Assembly (NCBI GenBank): GCA_964016885.1
Contig: OZ024741.1
Coordinates: 335,916,001-335,980,000, forward strand
Source: Eledone cirrhosa
Lineage: Eukaryota
DNA: 64,000 nucleotides
Direction: 5' to 3'
The translations under genes and the position numbers were made by a program. Positions 1 through 14,054 of this stretch are shown here, one piece after another (positions within the stretch are counted from its first letter, which is position 1; every line of letters begins with the position of its first letter). Below the pieces are notes generated by a model. It did not search any database. It worked only from the letters and a program-made list of their open reading frames with translations, and was not told the DNA's origin.

Positions 1-127
1 ACAGAAGAGACATGGATTCTGTCAGATTAAATGATACAAATTATTTTCTATTTTCTATTTTGTAAAAGTATACATGCTGTGGTTGATACACACACACATA
101 CACATTTATATACACATACACACACAC

Positions 128-181
<54 letters not shown>

Positions 182-543
182 TGGCTGCCAACTCGTTTTC
201 GAGTACGGCCAGTACTTTATATCCATGTAGGAGAACCCCTACCGATGCGCTGAACGAGTGTGGCTTTTTAGTCCAGCCAGCGACTTGAAAACTCTGGTAC
301 AAACACTACAGTTGTGACAATTATTGACACATAGTGCCGGGCCCATGGTACCATGTGACGACAAGTGCAGAGAGATCTCCAGATATAAAGCAATGCCTGT
401 GCCGTGAAGCTTTTATAGTGAGCAAAGGCACTGCACAAAGCCAGGCCCACTCTCTTAACCAAGATATATATATATATAGATATATATACGCACACACACC
501 CATATATATATATATAAATATGTATATATATACATATTTATAC

Positions 544-644
<101 letters not shown>

Positions 645-704
645 TATATACACATATACACACACATATATATATATATATATTTATATATATACACACA
701 CATA

Positions 705-1493
705 TCTGTATATATTTAAAATTAAGTATGTGTGTGTTTCTGTATTATCTATAAGGGCCTACATCTTACGACCGATTTTCATGAAACTTTACAAGCTCAT
801 AGTCATCGGGGAGTGTTTTCTATATATCAGCGTATCGTTTTTTTTTTTATTCCGGGGTCATTCTGCAGATAAAAATCGATAGGGGTGTCACCTTTTTTTA
901 GGTATCGAAAAAATAACTTTTGGGCTCTAGCTCCCACATTTTGCCACCGATTTTGTTCAAATTTTAAAGCCAAATAGAATTTATCATTGCACATCCTGTA
1001 ATGGCTTTATATTTTGGATATATTAAGTGGTAACCGCTTAAATATTCAAAAACACCACTTTTAGACTCAAATTTCCACTTTTTCGGCTCTAGCTCCCACA
1101 TTAATCAACCTACTTTGTTCAAATTTTACACTACGCTAGATCTGATTATTTCACGTCTTAAAGTGGCTTTACATTTTAGATTTTTTGTTCAGGAACGGCG
1201 TGGAAGACGCTTAAATATTCGAAAATACCACCTTTTTGCTCAAATTTTCGCCTTTTCGGCTCTAGCTTCCACATTTTTCAACCGATTTCGTTCAAATTTG
1301 AAACTCCCTCTCCCAGCATGCCCCTTCGTCAGTCACTCGCGTTCCTCAGTGATAGAAGTCATCACCACCATCCCCCGCATGGCCTGTGTGTGGCCATAGA
1401 TGAGTCATCGAGAAGCAGTCGCTAAGATCAACACCTTTTCATCAAAGCAGATATTATTTTACCTACCCAGGCAACGCTGGGTACTGCTGCTAG
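705..1493 (+). mobile_element. Non-autonomous Helitron-like element
   Basis: Starts A|TC(tgtatatatttaaa), followed by a short (GT)n. Ends with the hairpin cccaggcaacgctggg then CTAG|T, which are canonical Helitron termini at an AT target. Confidence 0.75.
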
Positions 1494-2051
1494 TATATTA
1501 GTAAATTCATTAAGGACATGATATTAATTCTTAATTCACTGTGCTGTGATCAAATCTGTAAACATCACATACAAGTATATTTCACTTAAATTGTAGAGAA
1601 GCTGCCAAACGTGTTATGTCTATCTAGATAGTAACAACAAATATATATAGAGAGAGAGAGAAAGGGGGGAAGGGGAAGAAGAAAAATGACAGAGATATGA
1701 AGAAAGGGACAGAGAGATAGAGCGAGTCAACAGCCAACTATCAATACTGTCTCACAATTATTTGTATTTTACTTTGTTCTGACTAATTCTGGTTTTCTGT
1801 TTGTGGGTTCGTGTCGCATGTACGTCAATACTCATCCTTTTTTCCATTCAGAGGGTTTTTAAAATCCTAACTAACAGACTAATTCTATTTAGTTAAATAT
1901 GGCGTAAGCACACATTACTACCTTAATTTTCAATTTCAGTAGCTATTTGTAAAACAATGCCTACTTTGTGTCTCCCTATTTATATACATATATATATATA
2001 TATACCTGCTATGGTTATATCGTTTCTAATTGAATGGAAGGAGACATGGGT

Positions 2052-2215
2052 TGCGTGTTGGTGTAATGGTAACACATTGGTCCAGCAAACCAAAGATGTG
2101 GGTTCGTGTCCCATGTACATCAATACTCATCCTTTTTTCCATTCAGAGGGTTTTATAAAATCCCAACTAACAGACTAATTTTATTTAGTCAAATATGACA
2201 TAAGCACATGTTACT
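2052..2215 (+). mobile_element. tRNA-derived SINE (family 3)
   Basis: A-box-like tggtgtaatgg and B-box-like ggttcgtgtcc. The body recurs at about 1803-1945 and 54578-54760. Confidence 0.55.
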
Positions 2216-2363
2216 ACCTGTATATACCTGTATATGTATATTTTCGTGTGCAAGTATATGTGCATGTGTGTGTGTGCATTTTTATATATAAGTCTGTGTG
2301 TGTATGTATGCATTTTATGTATGTGTCTGTATATATGTATGCATGTATGTGTGTATGTATGAA

Positions 2364-2650
2364 GGTGCATGGCTTAGTGGTTACAGCATTGGGTTTTAAA
2401 TCATGAGGTTGTGAGTCCGATTCCAAGACCAGGTGGTGCATTGTATTCTTGAGCAAGACACTTCATTTCATGTTGTTCACTCAGCTAGAAAAAATGTGTT
2501 GCGACATCATTGGACTATATCAGTAGCATGGAAAAGGGAGACTGATATGTCTTCAACAATAAAACCTTGCTTGGAATTGTTCCTCAGAGGGAAACGTTTC
2601 AGGTGTAAATCTCATGGTCATTTGTGACCAAATGGGTCAGGGATCTTTAT
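2364..2650 (+). mobile_element. tRNA-derived SINE (family 1), diverged
   Basis: Head ggtgcatggcttagtgg...gagtccgattcc and core cttgagcaagacact, shared with the copies at 22221 and 49829. Confidence 0.6.
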
Positions 2651-2901
2651 GTTTGTGTATGTATGCATGTTTATATATGTGTTTCTCTCTCAACATTTTG
2701 TACGGGGAAAAATAGTTTCAGTTTACAAAAATTTTGGGTGACAAACGGCCTTCAGGAACGACTTAAGTTCATGAACTGAGGTTGTATTGTACTTTATTTT
2801 ATCACGCCTCAAAGGATGAATCGCAAAAGTGACCTCATTTTGGTTCTATTTGAATTCAAATTGTTGAGTATCACAAGAAATACTGTAATATACATTTATG
2901 C

Positions 2902-3071
2902 ACCGTATTTCCCGGTGTCAAAGACGCTACTTTTTTCTGAAATAAGTCTAAAAAATCTACCCTGCGTCCTGGAGGCCGAAGTTTGTTTATTAATTTTTTT
3001 TTAATTTTTGGTTGTCAAAATAAGGGTGCATCTCTGAGGATGAAGCGCCTTTGACACTGGGAAAGATGGTA
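2902..3071. mobile_element. MITE with pogo/Tigger-like TIRs
   Basis: Terminal inverted repeats accgtatttcccggtgtcaaagacgc / gcgcctttgacactgggaaagatggt. Confidence 0.6.
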
Positions 3072-3109
3072 TTTGTTTTGCAATATTTTTTATGCAAAAT
3101 CGTGTGTTG

Positions 3110-3515
3110 AGACCGATATTTGGGGATGGTTATGTTGTGAGCATTGCCAATAAAAAAACACATGCAACCATATGATTTTTACTTTTCCTATATTGCTCAT
3201 TATTCATTCGTGCATCAAAGTTCTTTTGTCATACATTCTGTGACCCCCTCAATGACTATCTGTTCTCTTTTGTGCATCCTCTTCTTTCTGGTTTTAATCT
3301 ATTACTCCATCTTGTTTTGGAGGAACAGATTAAGACCAAAAACAAGAGGATGCACAGAAGTGAACAGATAGTTACTGATGAGGTCACAGAATGTGTAACA
3401 AACTAACCAATAACTAGTAATAAAGGTAAAGTGAAAAAGTGAAAATCATATGGGGCATGTGTTTTTTTATTGGAAATACTGGCAACATGACCATTCCCAT
3501 ATATAACAATACTGC
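3110..3515. mobile_element. MITE-like inverted-repeat element; related hairpin at 5640-5773
   Basis: ccaataaaaaaacacatgcaaccatatgatttttactttt is inverted against aaaagtgaaaatcatatggggcatgtgtttttttattgg. Related termini occur at 5600-5773. Confidence 0.5.
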
Positions 3516-3799
3516 AATATAATCTTGTCTCTCCATTTAACAACTGTGACAATTCACCAGTTAATATAAAAGAAATCAGACAAAACATCTGCTATGCTAT
3601 AAGTTACAGAAATCAAATCTATTTCTATTTAGTCAGTCATTACGTCTTCCTAAAAGAAATTCTATCTCAGCTGTTCTTTTCTTGAACAAGTTTTTTTTAG
3701 TTTTGGAACACAATTTCATTAATCATGTGTATGTGTGTGTGTGTGTGTGAGTGTATGTATGCATGAGTTTCTGTAGATGTGTGTGTGTGTGCATGTGTG

Positions 3800-4330
3800 T
3801 GAGAATGAGTGACCTATGTCAGTTCCAACGATGAGTGTTCCAGCCATCTCATGAACTTACCATGCAAGTGACTGAGCATTCTACAGAAGCATGTAACCTT
3901 AACATAGTTCCCAGGGAGATTCAGCATGACACATTATGTAACAAGGCTGGACATTTTGAATTACAGGTATAACACATTTTTCCTGGTAAGTGGAGTGGAG
4001 CAATGGGAAATGGTGTCTTGTTTAAGGACACAATGGACTGGAACAATGAGAAATAAAGTGTCTTGTTTTAAGGACACAATGGACTGGAGCAATGTGAAAT
4101 AAAGTGTCTTGCTCAAGAACACAGAGGACTGGAGCAATGTGAAATAGTGTCTTGCTCAAGGACACAATGGACTGTAGCAATGTGAAATAAAGTGTCTTGC
4201 TCAAGGACACAGTGAACTGGAAAAATGTGAAATAATGTGTCTTGATTAATGACACAATGTCCCACCAAGAATTCACTCTTACCCTTACAACTCATAAGTC
4301 GAACAACCTAACTACTAAGCCACACTCCTT
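3800..4330 (-). mobile_element. Family-1 SINE with an internal ~45-bp core segment amplified about 6 times
   Basis: Unit aggacacaatggactggagcaatgtgaaataaagtgtcttgctca repeats over 4005-4260. A degenerate tRNA head lies at about 4330 on the minus strand. Confidence 0.65.
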
Positions 4331-4661
4331 AACAATCTTATAACCTAACAAATTATTGATATTTCCAAAACTTGGGTATTACATTTAACATTTAAAAATA
4401 AAATTAATATTTTATCTCAGCTTGCTATTATATGTCAAGTAAATTATATGCAAATAATTACATTTAGTGAATCTAAGTGATTTCCCTTGCTTGTCCATAT
4501 TGATTGCTATCAAATCCAATGACACATATCAAATTACTGCCTTCTATAACACACTAGTAATTAGTTAATGTCATGTGATGTTGAAGGACCAAATAACTGA
4601 ACAGCCTTCTCAACATTAAATATATTATTATATTCTTTCTTAGTCATAGTTGTAAGAAATA

Positions 4662-4842
4662 TATGAGGGTCAGCTGGAAAGTTCATAGGCTGACCAAGAT
4701 ACTCTCATATTTTTCAACATAGTCCCTGGAAAGAAACAATGCAGTTATTAATAAGAAGAGTTGAAATGAATGTAACCAAGATTTCATAGCTCCAGCATCA
4801 CTCCTTCATAGTCAGTCTATGAACTTTTCAACCGACCTTGTA
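4662..4842. mobile_element. Mariner-type MITE (other copies 50916-51112, 52712-52910, 52931-53131, 54978-55082 partial, 61521-61712)
   Basis: TIRs (ta)ygagggtcrgctgaaaagttcataggctgac / gtcagcctatgaacttttcagcc..ccttgta in a TA context, with a conserved interior across six copies. Confidence 0.75.
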
Positions 4843-4864
4843 TGTATATATATATATATATATT

Positions 4865-5275
4865 CATCATCAACATCACTGTTTAACGTCCATTTTTTTG
4901 TGCTAGCATGGGTTAGACGAGTTGTCCTGTTGTGGGAGGCCAAGTCAGGTGACCATGTCTTGCTCATATAGAACTGATTTTAGCTTGTTTTCTACAGCTG
5001 GGTGCCCTTCCTAACTCAATCACGTTTACAGTGAGTACTGGGTGCTTTTTGTGACACCTCCATGACCAATTTAGAGTGTGGGCTGGGTGCTTTTTGTTGT
5101 GACACCTACACAACCACTTTACAGTGTGGACTGGGTGCTTTTTGTGACACCTCCATGACCAATTTAGAGTGTGGGCTGGGTGCTTTTTGTTGTGACGCCT
5201 ACACAACCACTTTACAGTGTGGACTGGGTGCTTTTTTATGTGTCATCTACATGATCACTTTACAATACTTAATTA
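4865..5275 (-). mobile_element. RTE LINE/SINE 3' tail with internal ~44-bp tandem amplification
   Basis: Reverse complement of the tail at 45400-45680. The unit ttacagtgtggactgggtgctttt repeats over 5025-5270. Confidence 0.7.
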
Positions 5276-8200
5276 CATACATATTTCACATAAAAATATA
5301 GAATCAAAATGAAAGAAAATATTAATTAAGCACTCTGTTGATTGGTCACACCCCAAGGGGTGCTGGAGCCTCCCTCTAATACTTTTTGAGGCAAGCCCAC
5401 ATGCTTGCAGTATTACTGCAGTTGATAGTGTGGCTATCTTGTAATGATTTAGCAGAAAATATCTAAAAACAGGTTTGTTATTTCAAATAATTTCAGTGTC
5501 TTTACTCCTTAATAGTTCATTGTGAATATTTGCAATATTATCTCTTCACATCCTGCAATGATTTAGCAAACATATCTAAATACAGCAATGATGTATTTGT
5601 TTTGCAAGGTTTTTTTTTATATGAAATCATGTGTTGAAACAGATATTGTTATATATGGGGAGGGTCATGTTCTCCTAATATTGCCAGAAAAATACCAAAC
5701 CAAACAGTGAATGTGTTTTACTATATTTTTCTGGCAATATTAGGACATGACCCTATCCAAATATAACAATATCTAAATACAATTTTGTCAATTGAAATAT
5801 TTATATTGTCAGTTTTGGGGGAAAACTTGAAGTATTTCACTTTAACATTTAATGTGATGCAGTCATATTACTGTTTACTATTTTTCAAGAGTATCTTGCT
5901 AATGTGGTTTCATGTGGTACAAGGTGTCATGTGTTAAGGAACTTTTAGTTTGTTAAATTAACATGTAAGTGGCTGAGTATTCCACAGCCAATGTGCATGG
6001 CACAATATATAACAAGACTGGATGGACCTTTTAATTACAGGTCCAATCTATCTGGCAGGCTTCCACATAGTTGCTGTCTACAAACTTTCAATCACAGAGG
6101 CTTTTGTTGACATGAGGCTATGACAAACATTTACTTACATAATATGCCATGCAGCAGGATTGTACTCAGATCCTTATGATTCTGAAGCAAACTTCTTAAA
6201 GCATTCCACCATAGCTACATCCAAACAATCAGAATATTTAGATCCCAAGAAATCAGAATATCTAACCATATTCCAAAATAGAAGTAAGGCTCATTGATGG
6301 TTAATTAATCAAGGGATTAAACAGGCAATTATATAATTGGAAATTAATTCAACTGGATTAAGTCAGGTTATTATAATATAATATTATATCTTGGATCTGT
6401 TGGAAATGGTTACTTCTGACAAGACCTGCTGGAAGGAGTGTTTGAGGACTCTGCCCCCACAACCCTCTCAGGAATAAGTGGACGAAGAAGAAGCAGGAGG
6501 AGGGAGAGGAGTATTATATCTTGGTTTGATGTAATCCAGTCACTTTGAGAATCCTTGTCTATTAAAGAACTATGTAAAATTTCTTAACTTCTAGTTTTTT
6601 TCCTTTTTAATGTGGGAGCAATATTCAGCAGAAAGAGTTTCTCAAAAGAAACTGTTTATACAGAAGATTGTGTGTAATATTTAGATCTGAGGATAAAGTA
6701 TAGCCAGGATGATTAGAAATGACTACAACGTAATTGGATTTGGAAGAATTCTACAGAACTCTTGGGGTTATATGTCATGTTAGTTATGCATTAAAGAGAA
6801 GATAGAATTTGATCGTAAGTTATAAGTTGGAGTCTAACTGTCACGAAACATTCAACTAGAGAGCAGAGAACTTGAAATGAAAAGTTTCTAATGAAACAAA
6901 GCAATAAAAATGTCAGGTATAGATGGCCTGACATTTTCAAACCATGCAAGCATAGAAGAATAAATAGAAATTCGTTTATGATGAGAAGGTTTTGGAAAGG
7001 ACAATTTTATATTTGGGACTGTATTAACACTTTTTCTAACTATACAAACATAGCTTTATGGTGAATTTGTTCTGGCTCTCTATGCTTCAAGTTCAAATCC
7101 CATTGAGGTTAACTTTGTCTTTCATCTTCATGGAGTTGATGAAGTATCAATCATGTGTGGTAGATTGGTAAAGTTGTTAGAGATCTAGACATAATAACTT
7201 GTGATATCTCTTTTGGTTCTTTGCATGCTGATTTTACCTGTGATGACAGAAGGGCTTAGCTACCCTTGACTTTCCCTTGGACAATATTAGTGGTATGGAG
7301 AAGAGGAAATTTGCTTGCATAGGTGACTGCTAATTTTTCACAAAAACATCTTGCCCAGCTCTGCATCTTACAGAATACCTTACATGATGCAAATTCATGG
7401 TCTCAAGAGGGGCCCCTGGAAGGTATCTTGCCTTCCTCAGTATTGATGGTATGGAGAGGGGAAAACTTGCATACATGGGTGACTGCTGGTTTTTCACACA
7501 CACAAAATAAAATCTTGCTCAGGTCTATATCATACAGAAGAACTTATCAGATGAAAAATGATGGTCTCAAGGGACCCTGGATATATATGGGGTGTATATT
7601 AAATTGAAACTTTTTAGTTTAAGTTTATTTTATCAAGTGGAAAATAGGAAATAGTTCAATCAATTGATTGAATCAATCAACAAGATCCCAAACCTCAATT
7701 CCTTACTGAGTTAGGTGGAACTTATAAAATCTGACCAAAGAAACAATGTTTCCAAATTATCTTTCCATTGCTGATGCTATCTACCAGTTGCAACTCTTGG
7801 CAAAATGAAATAGTTAATATTTGGCAGTACTTAAATATTACTATAGTATCATAATAGTCATCTAGGAAGTAGATAGGAACTTCATTAATAATAAGTTACA
7901 ATCTTATGTGCTATAAACAAAATGGGTTAATTATCAGATAGGTTAATATTCTATATAATAATTATTTAATTATCCATCTGCTAGAGGATTTTCCTGTAGT
8001 TACTCTCCTAATTATCTTAGATGTAATATTTAAACTATTTTCATGATTGATTATTCAGATGAGATCTGATTTTAATTACCCAAACTACATTCTATTTTGA
8101 TTGCTCTTATTAACTTTGATTTTATTGGATTTTTTAAAAATATATTGAGCTTAAATAGCAAACATTAAACAGTATTAAAATATCTTGTATAAATTATGAT

Positions 8201-8389
8201 TGCTATCTCAATTAAAGTGTTATTATAAGCTTCTGTAAAGGTGGGAGATTGGTAAATTTATTAGAGTATCAGACAAAATACCTTGTGGTATTTAATTATG
8301 CCTCTTTGTGTTCTGAGTTCAAATCCCACGAGGTTCAACTTTGCCTTTCATCCTTGTGGGATTGATGAAATAAAGTTCTAGTCAAGTGC

Positions 8390-9075
8390 TCATCATCATT
8401 GCGACCACAGTTAAACATTTCTGAATCTTTGACAAAGTCTCTCCACAATTCATGATTTTCTATTGCTCCTGACAACTCCCTACTGAGGTTTGTATCATCT
8501 AAGAATTGATTGATAAAGGTTCGAGCACATCTTCCTCTACTGTTTCTCCCATGAGTTTGTTCCCACACTAGATAGATAGGACAGACAGGCTGCTAGATAG
8601 ATCATCATCATCATTGCAACGATGGTTGAACATTCCTGACAAAGTCTTTCCAATTCACAATTTTCTATTACTCCTGGTAATTGTTCCCTACTGAAGTTTG
8701 TATCATCTGAGTGTTGATTGATGAAGGTTCAAGCAGGTAATCCTCTACTGCATCTCCTGTGAGTTTGTTCCTACAGTAGTATCGTGTGTATAACTTCCTC
8801 TACTGCATCTCCTGTGAGTTTGTTCCTACAGTAGTATCTTATGTATAACTTCCTCTACTGCATCTCCTGTGAGTTTGTTCCTACAGTAGTATCTTGTGTA
8901 TAACTTCCTCTACTGCATCTCCTGTGAGTTTGTTCCTACAGTAGTATCTTGTGTATAACTTCCTCTACTGCATCTCCTGTGAGTTTGTTCCTACAGTAGT
9001 ATCTTGTGTATAACTTCCTCTACTGTGTCTCCTGTGAGTTAGTTAGCACAATATAACTTGTGTATAACTTCATGT
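8390..9075 (-). mobile_element. Duplicated RTE-like LINE 3' end plus a 55-bp minisatellite derived from it
   Basis: WEQTHGRNSRGRCARTFINQFLDDT...WRDFVK C-terminal motif with a (gat)n tail, present twice. The 55-bp unit starts at 8742, 8797, 8852, 8907, 8962 and 9017. Confidence 0.6.
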
Positions 9076-11065
9076 TTACTTTTCCTGCAAATTGTAACTG
9101 TTTTTGATTCTCCTTACACCAAATTTCTGGCCTTGTGCCTATCTAAACAATAATTGTTGACTCAACTATATCTCAGTAAATTATATTGAAATGTGTAATA
9201 TATTAATATTAATAACATTTATTAAATTATTGTAATTCTGTTAGAGTTTATTAAAGTGTTAAATTTGTTTAAATTTAATTTGATTTGGGATTTGATGAAA
9301 TATTATTGTGATTAATAATTCTCTTTCGATTGATTCATCCTCACATACAACATATAACATGGCACAAATTACTGTTAATATCTTCAGTACTTTACTGTTA
9401 GCGCTGGTGGTGGTTACTCAGTGACACTCTCATACATCTGACATCAAGAGTTGCCTGCCTGATCCTGCCTTCTAGCTGTCTGTCTGACAGGAAGCATTTT
9501 TGAAGAAGAAAATAAGGATAGAGGGAGGTGGAATTATGGTTGCTTATTAAAGTTGACTGACTACAGGCTAGTTGGAGAGGGATATCAAGTATACTCTCTC
9601 TCTCTCAATCTTGCCCTCCCTCTCTTTCTCTCTTGTCATTTCTCTCTCACTTCTTCTCCCCCCACTCTCTCTCACTTTATCAGGCTTGTCAGAACCCACA
9701 CCCACAACACATTTTGAATAATTAGCAGCTGTCAGCCATATTCACTTGATGTGCTGATATTGCAGCTAATCTAATTATATATTGATTGTGACATTGAAAA
9801 TTTTTAAAAAGATTTTTACTGGCCCCATGATAATAATTAATTTCAATTGAACACCCCCCACCAACTGCCCATATATTTTTTTATTAATTTAATTTTTTTT
9901 TAATTTTTACACCATGAAATCTACTTACTAAAATTCCATTATTCTTTATCCTAAGGACTCACTATGTAGCTTTGAAGGAAAGAGAGAAAATGTAAAGATG
10001 TAGTACTGTCTCAACTTAAATGTGTGTTCTGACACATTAAGTCTCAATACCATTTTAGCTGAGATAAGGAAATAATAACGAATAGGCTGCAGTTCATTTC
10101 GGAGTAGAGATAAAGTACTCGAATAAGTTGACTATATTGAACTGAGGAACCATGAGTTCATATCTCACTGAAGGTGTTGCATTTCCTCTGACTAAGAAAC
10201 TACTTCTGTGTATGGATGTATAACTTGTAACTCCTGGTGGAGTCATAGGTGAGCTCTCATGATATAACATAAGTACCAGTTAAATACTGGCATCAATCTA
10301 ATTACCTATAAATATATGGATCTGTAACTCCTGATAGAGTCTTAGGCAGGCCGTATACAGCATTTCTTGGGCATTCTTTTAAAACCTGGTGGAGCTCAAT
10401 CCTCTCCAGGTCTGATTACAGCAGATTTCTTTCCAGAGAAGGATAGAAAATGAGAGAGAGAAAGCAAGTGAGAAAGAGATATAGAAAAAGAACTGACCCA
10501 GTACTTGACTGGTACTTTTTTATCAACTTCAAAAGGATGAAAGGTAAAGTTGACCTCGGTGGGATTTGAACTAAGAGAACAGAGAACCAGAACAAATATC
10601 ACAATTTACTCTATCCAATGTTCTAATGATTTTGCCAATTTGAGAGGAGAGATAAAATACTCAAATAAGCTGATTATATTGGACCAAGTGATCATGAGTT
10701 CATATCTCACTGAAGTTGTTGCATTATGTCTCTGACCAACAAAGTATTTCTATGTAGGTAAATGTATGGATGTAAGGACCTGTAACTCCTGATGTAGTTG
10801 TAGGTGAGCTGTCATGATTTAAAATAATTACTAGTCAAATACTGGTGGTGGTGATGGTGATCTATCTAATCACTTGTATTTATGGACCTGTAACATTTGG
10901 TGGAGTTGTAGATGGGCCGTTATGATATAAAATAATACCAGTGAAATACTCGGGTCAATCTAATCGCCTGTATGTATAGACCATAACTCCCATGGAGTGG
11001 TAGGGCTGATTTATGGTTTACAGTGAAAAATGTAGGATTATAGTGAAATGAATCAACCCTCATTA

Positions 11066-11256
11066 TATTGGATTGGCAATATCAGTAAAGGGTCGGATGC
11101 CATGCTTTGCAGCATAGAGTTACGCCCCTTTACAGTCTAAGTTCAAATCCCACCGAGGTTGACTTTGCCTTTCATCCTTATGAGGTAGATAAAATAAATC
11201 ACCAGTAATGCACTGGGATAATTGCTGGCCTTGTGTGAAACATAGAAACAATTATA
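11066..11256 (+). mobile_element. SINE family 2 (other copies ~7090, ~8240, ~10480 minus, 26690-26793, 48800-48915, 53224-53413)
   Basis: Head tggattggca...gttcaaatccc and conserved core gaggttgactttgcctttcatcctt...gataaaataaagtaccag. Confidence 0.75.
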
Positions 11257-11624
11257 TTTTATGTATGGACCCATAACTCCTGATAGTCATGACATACAAT
11301 ATACCTTGGGGACTTTAAACATAGTGAAGCTCATCTATTCATCAGGTTTCAACACAGTTGATTTCTTCTAGAGAAAGAGAGACAGAAAGTGAGAAAGAGA
11401 TATAGAGGAAGAATTAACCACATTACTAGATTGGTACTTTTTGCATTGGACTCAAAATGATGAATGACAGGATTTGAACTCAAAGAGCACAGAGAACTGG
11501 AATGTATACCACAAAATATTCTGTTTGATGTTCTAATGACTCTGACAATTTACAGCATCTCTAATCTGTTACCTGTTTAAATCTCACTGACTTTCATCCA
11601 TCAGAAGACAATAAAACATGTACC

Positions 11625-12215
11625 AGTCATGTACCAAGCCGCAAACAAGGCAAGGAGCTCTCTTTTTCTTATTCGACGCTCCTTTGCCAAACTCACTCCA
11701 GAAATTTTCAGGCCTCTCTATGTCGCCCTCATGAGACTGCACCTAGAATATGGCATCCAAGCATCAAACCCATATCTCATCCGGGATATCCATCACTTGG
11801 AGAGAGTTCAATGACTAGCGGCTCGAATGGTACAGGGTCTTCATGAGCTGCCCTACGAAAGCCGGCTACAGAAGCTGAACCTCTTCTCCTTGGAGCATCG
11901 ACGGCTAAGAGGCAATCTCATTTTGGCTTACAATCTCTTCAATGGACATTATGATCTCTATTCACTCCGGCACTTGAAAGGGGTCTACATGGACATGACA
12001 AAAAGCTGTTTCACTGCGCTTTCGCCTAAATAGACGGAAAGCTGCTTTCTCGATCTGCATCTCTGGATCCTGGAATCGGCTTCCAGAAGAAGTAGTCAAC
12101 GCGTCAACCACGCAACAATTCAAGGCGAAATTGGACCGGTGTTGGACCACTGTATTTCCGACTGTGTCAATTTTACCCCTCCCCTCCTTACATGGCATCT
12201 GAAGCATCTATGTTT
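11625..12215 (+). pseudogene. CR1/L2-group LINE RT C-terminal fragment
   Basis: LYVALMRLHLEYGIQASNPY..DIHHLERVQ*..LPYESRLQKLNLFSLEHRRLRG, with stops and frameshifts. Confidence 0.8.
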
Positions 12216-12780
12216 TAATTTCTGCCAAATATATTGAAAAAAATAGTGGAGATGTCTGCCCTAGTGCTAAAGACAGACTTTATGATGGACTGGCGAACTG
12301 TCCAGGGTGGAGTCTGGTACTCTGTCACTTCACACTGCGTGAACCAGGGATAAGTACCAGCCTGATGAGTCTCCGGGCTTGAGACAAACTTTAGATTTTT
12401 TTAGAGTCAAATACTAGGGGGTCAATCTATTCACCTACACCCCAACCCTTCAATATCTATGATGCAAAATAAATCGTCATGTCTTTATATTCTGACAATG
12501 TAATCTGACATTGAGAAACAAAGATTATCATGTCTCATGTCAGGATCATCTAGCAAAATTATAAGAATATTTCAGAAGCTGCAATTTACCTACTGTTTTA
12601 CCACTGTAGTCTTTTATTTGTCATCACACTCTTTAGGAAATGAATGTGAGAACAGTTTGTGTAGTGAATATGAAATATTCAAAAGAAACAAATCAATAGA
12701 AATCAAAGAAAAATAAAGTAACATTGCAAAAGACTATAAATGAGAAAGGAAAAAGAGAGAAAGATAAAGGGCAAGGATTA

Positions 12781-13006
12781 TTAACCTTTAATGTTCAAAC
12801 CAGCCAAAACCGGCCAGAATTCTCTACCTTTTTCTGTTGAAACTGGCTGTAACTGGTCACTCAAACTGATGTTAAGGTATTGTTCTCAAAATAAATACTT
12901 TCAAAATCTCATAGATTCGATATTATGTGAGATAATTATGTGAGATAAAGCCTTTACCATGAAAATACAATAGTATATATAGAGTAATGTAAATGTAAAG
13001 GGTTAA
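12781..13006. mobile_element. TTAA-flanked piggyBac-like MITE (second copy 14881-15108)
   Basis: ttaa-cctttaa...taaaggg-ttaa termini, and two homologous copies. Confidence 0.6.
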
Positions 13007-13574
13007 GTAAGGAAAGAAAGGGTGAAGGGAAGAGTGTGACAGACTCTACATCTAGGTCAGAATAGTGTTTCGGCTGCAGCCCATGGACAAAGTAGCAAAG
13101 GCATTGCTGCAGAAAATGGCCACCCTCACATACTGCAACAACCACCCTCAGGGCTCCTTCCTCGGACAGGCTGCTGTCATTCCGATTTTACGGAGATGCA
13201 ATTATGCACTGGAAATAAGTACCATTGCTTTGCTGCTCTTAAAAGATTGTGATGCTGTCATCTTTACTTTAAGATGCTGTTTTCTCAGAGTGATTCTACT
13301 TTAACAAGATATCACCTATCATTATTATCAACATATTGCCAATACTGTATATCTCAATAACTATATTTATATTTATTCCTGCTATCAGTGGTCAGTTATT
13401 CTTGCTTTGTAAATGTCTCTAGCAAGTAGTGTTGGTGGAATGCCAGACACAATTTCGGATTTACAGACAGCAATGTCAATATTATATTTCAAAAACTTGT
13501 GCCTCTCTCATACAAGGGGAAATTTTTCATTCTCTCTTTCTTTAAACATTCATATAAATACTGTTTTATTAGGC

Positions 13575-13895
13575 ATTGTTGTTGTTGTAGTGGTAATACT
13601 AGTAGTAGTTGTTGTAATTCTTGTAGTAGTAGTAGTAGTAGTAGTAGTTCTAGTAGTTGTTTCTGTAGATGCTGATATTGTTGTTGTAGTTTCTGTAGCA
13701 GTTGTTGTAGTTGCAGTTCTTATAACTACTGCCTCTTTGAAGTAGTTCTTGTAGCTGATAACATAGTTGTTGTTGTTATGGCAGTAGCATTAATTGTTGT
13801 ATTATTAGTATTTATAGTTGTTTTTTGTTGTAGTAGTATTAGTAGTTGTTTTTTTTTTGTTGTTGTAGTATTATTGTTAGTTGTTGTAGTAGTAG
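13575..13895. repeat. (GTT/GTA)n trinucleotide low-complexity tract
   Basis: Read directly from the sequence. Confidence 0.9.
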
Positions 13896-14054
13896 TGAAT
13901 GCTTAGCTGCCCATAGATCAGTCATGAGAGAGAAGAGACCTACCATTAATAAGCTGTGACCAATCATTCTGTATCTTGTTTCAGACATAATATATCCAAG
14001 ACAAGTACAACACAGCACAATGATTGTTAAAACATTAAAAATTTATGTCTTTTT

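Noticed and set aside
245-300. ctgaacga...gaaa possible hammerhead in the 180-465 insert
   Set aside because: The core has an extra base and there is no convincing stem I or III.
6650-6960. Possible very old RTE fragment
   Set aside because: Too degenerate to support by eye.
12355-12395. HHR-like CTGATGA-gtctc...gagac-AAAC
   Set aside because: It lacks G12 and stems I and III, and lies in a SINE tail.
13413-13745. Val-rich membrane-like ORF
   Set aside because: It is a translation of the (GTT/GTA)n repeat.
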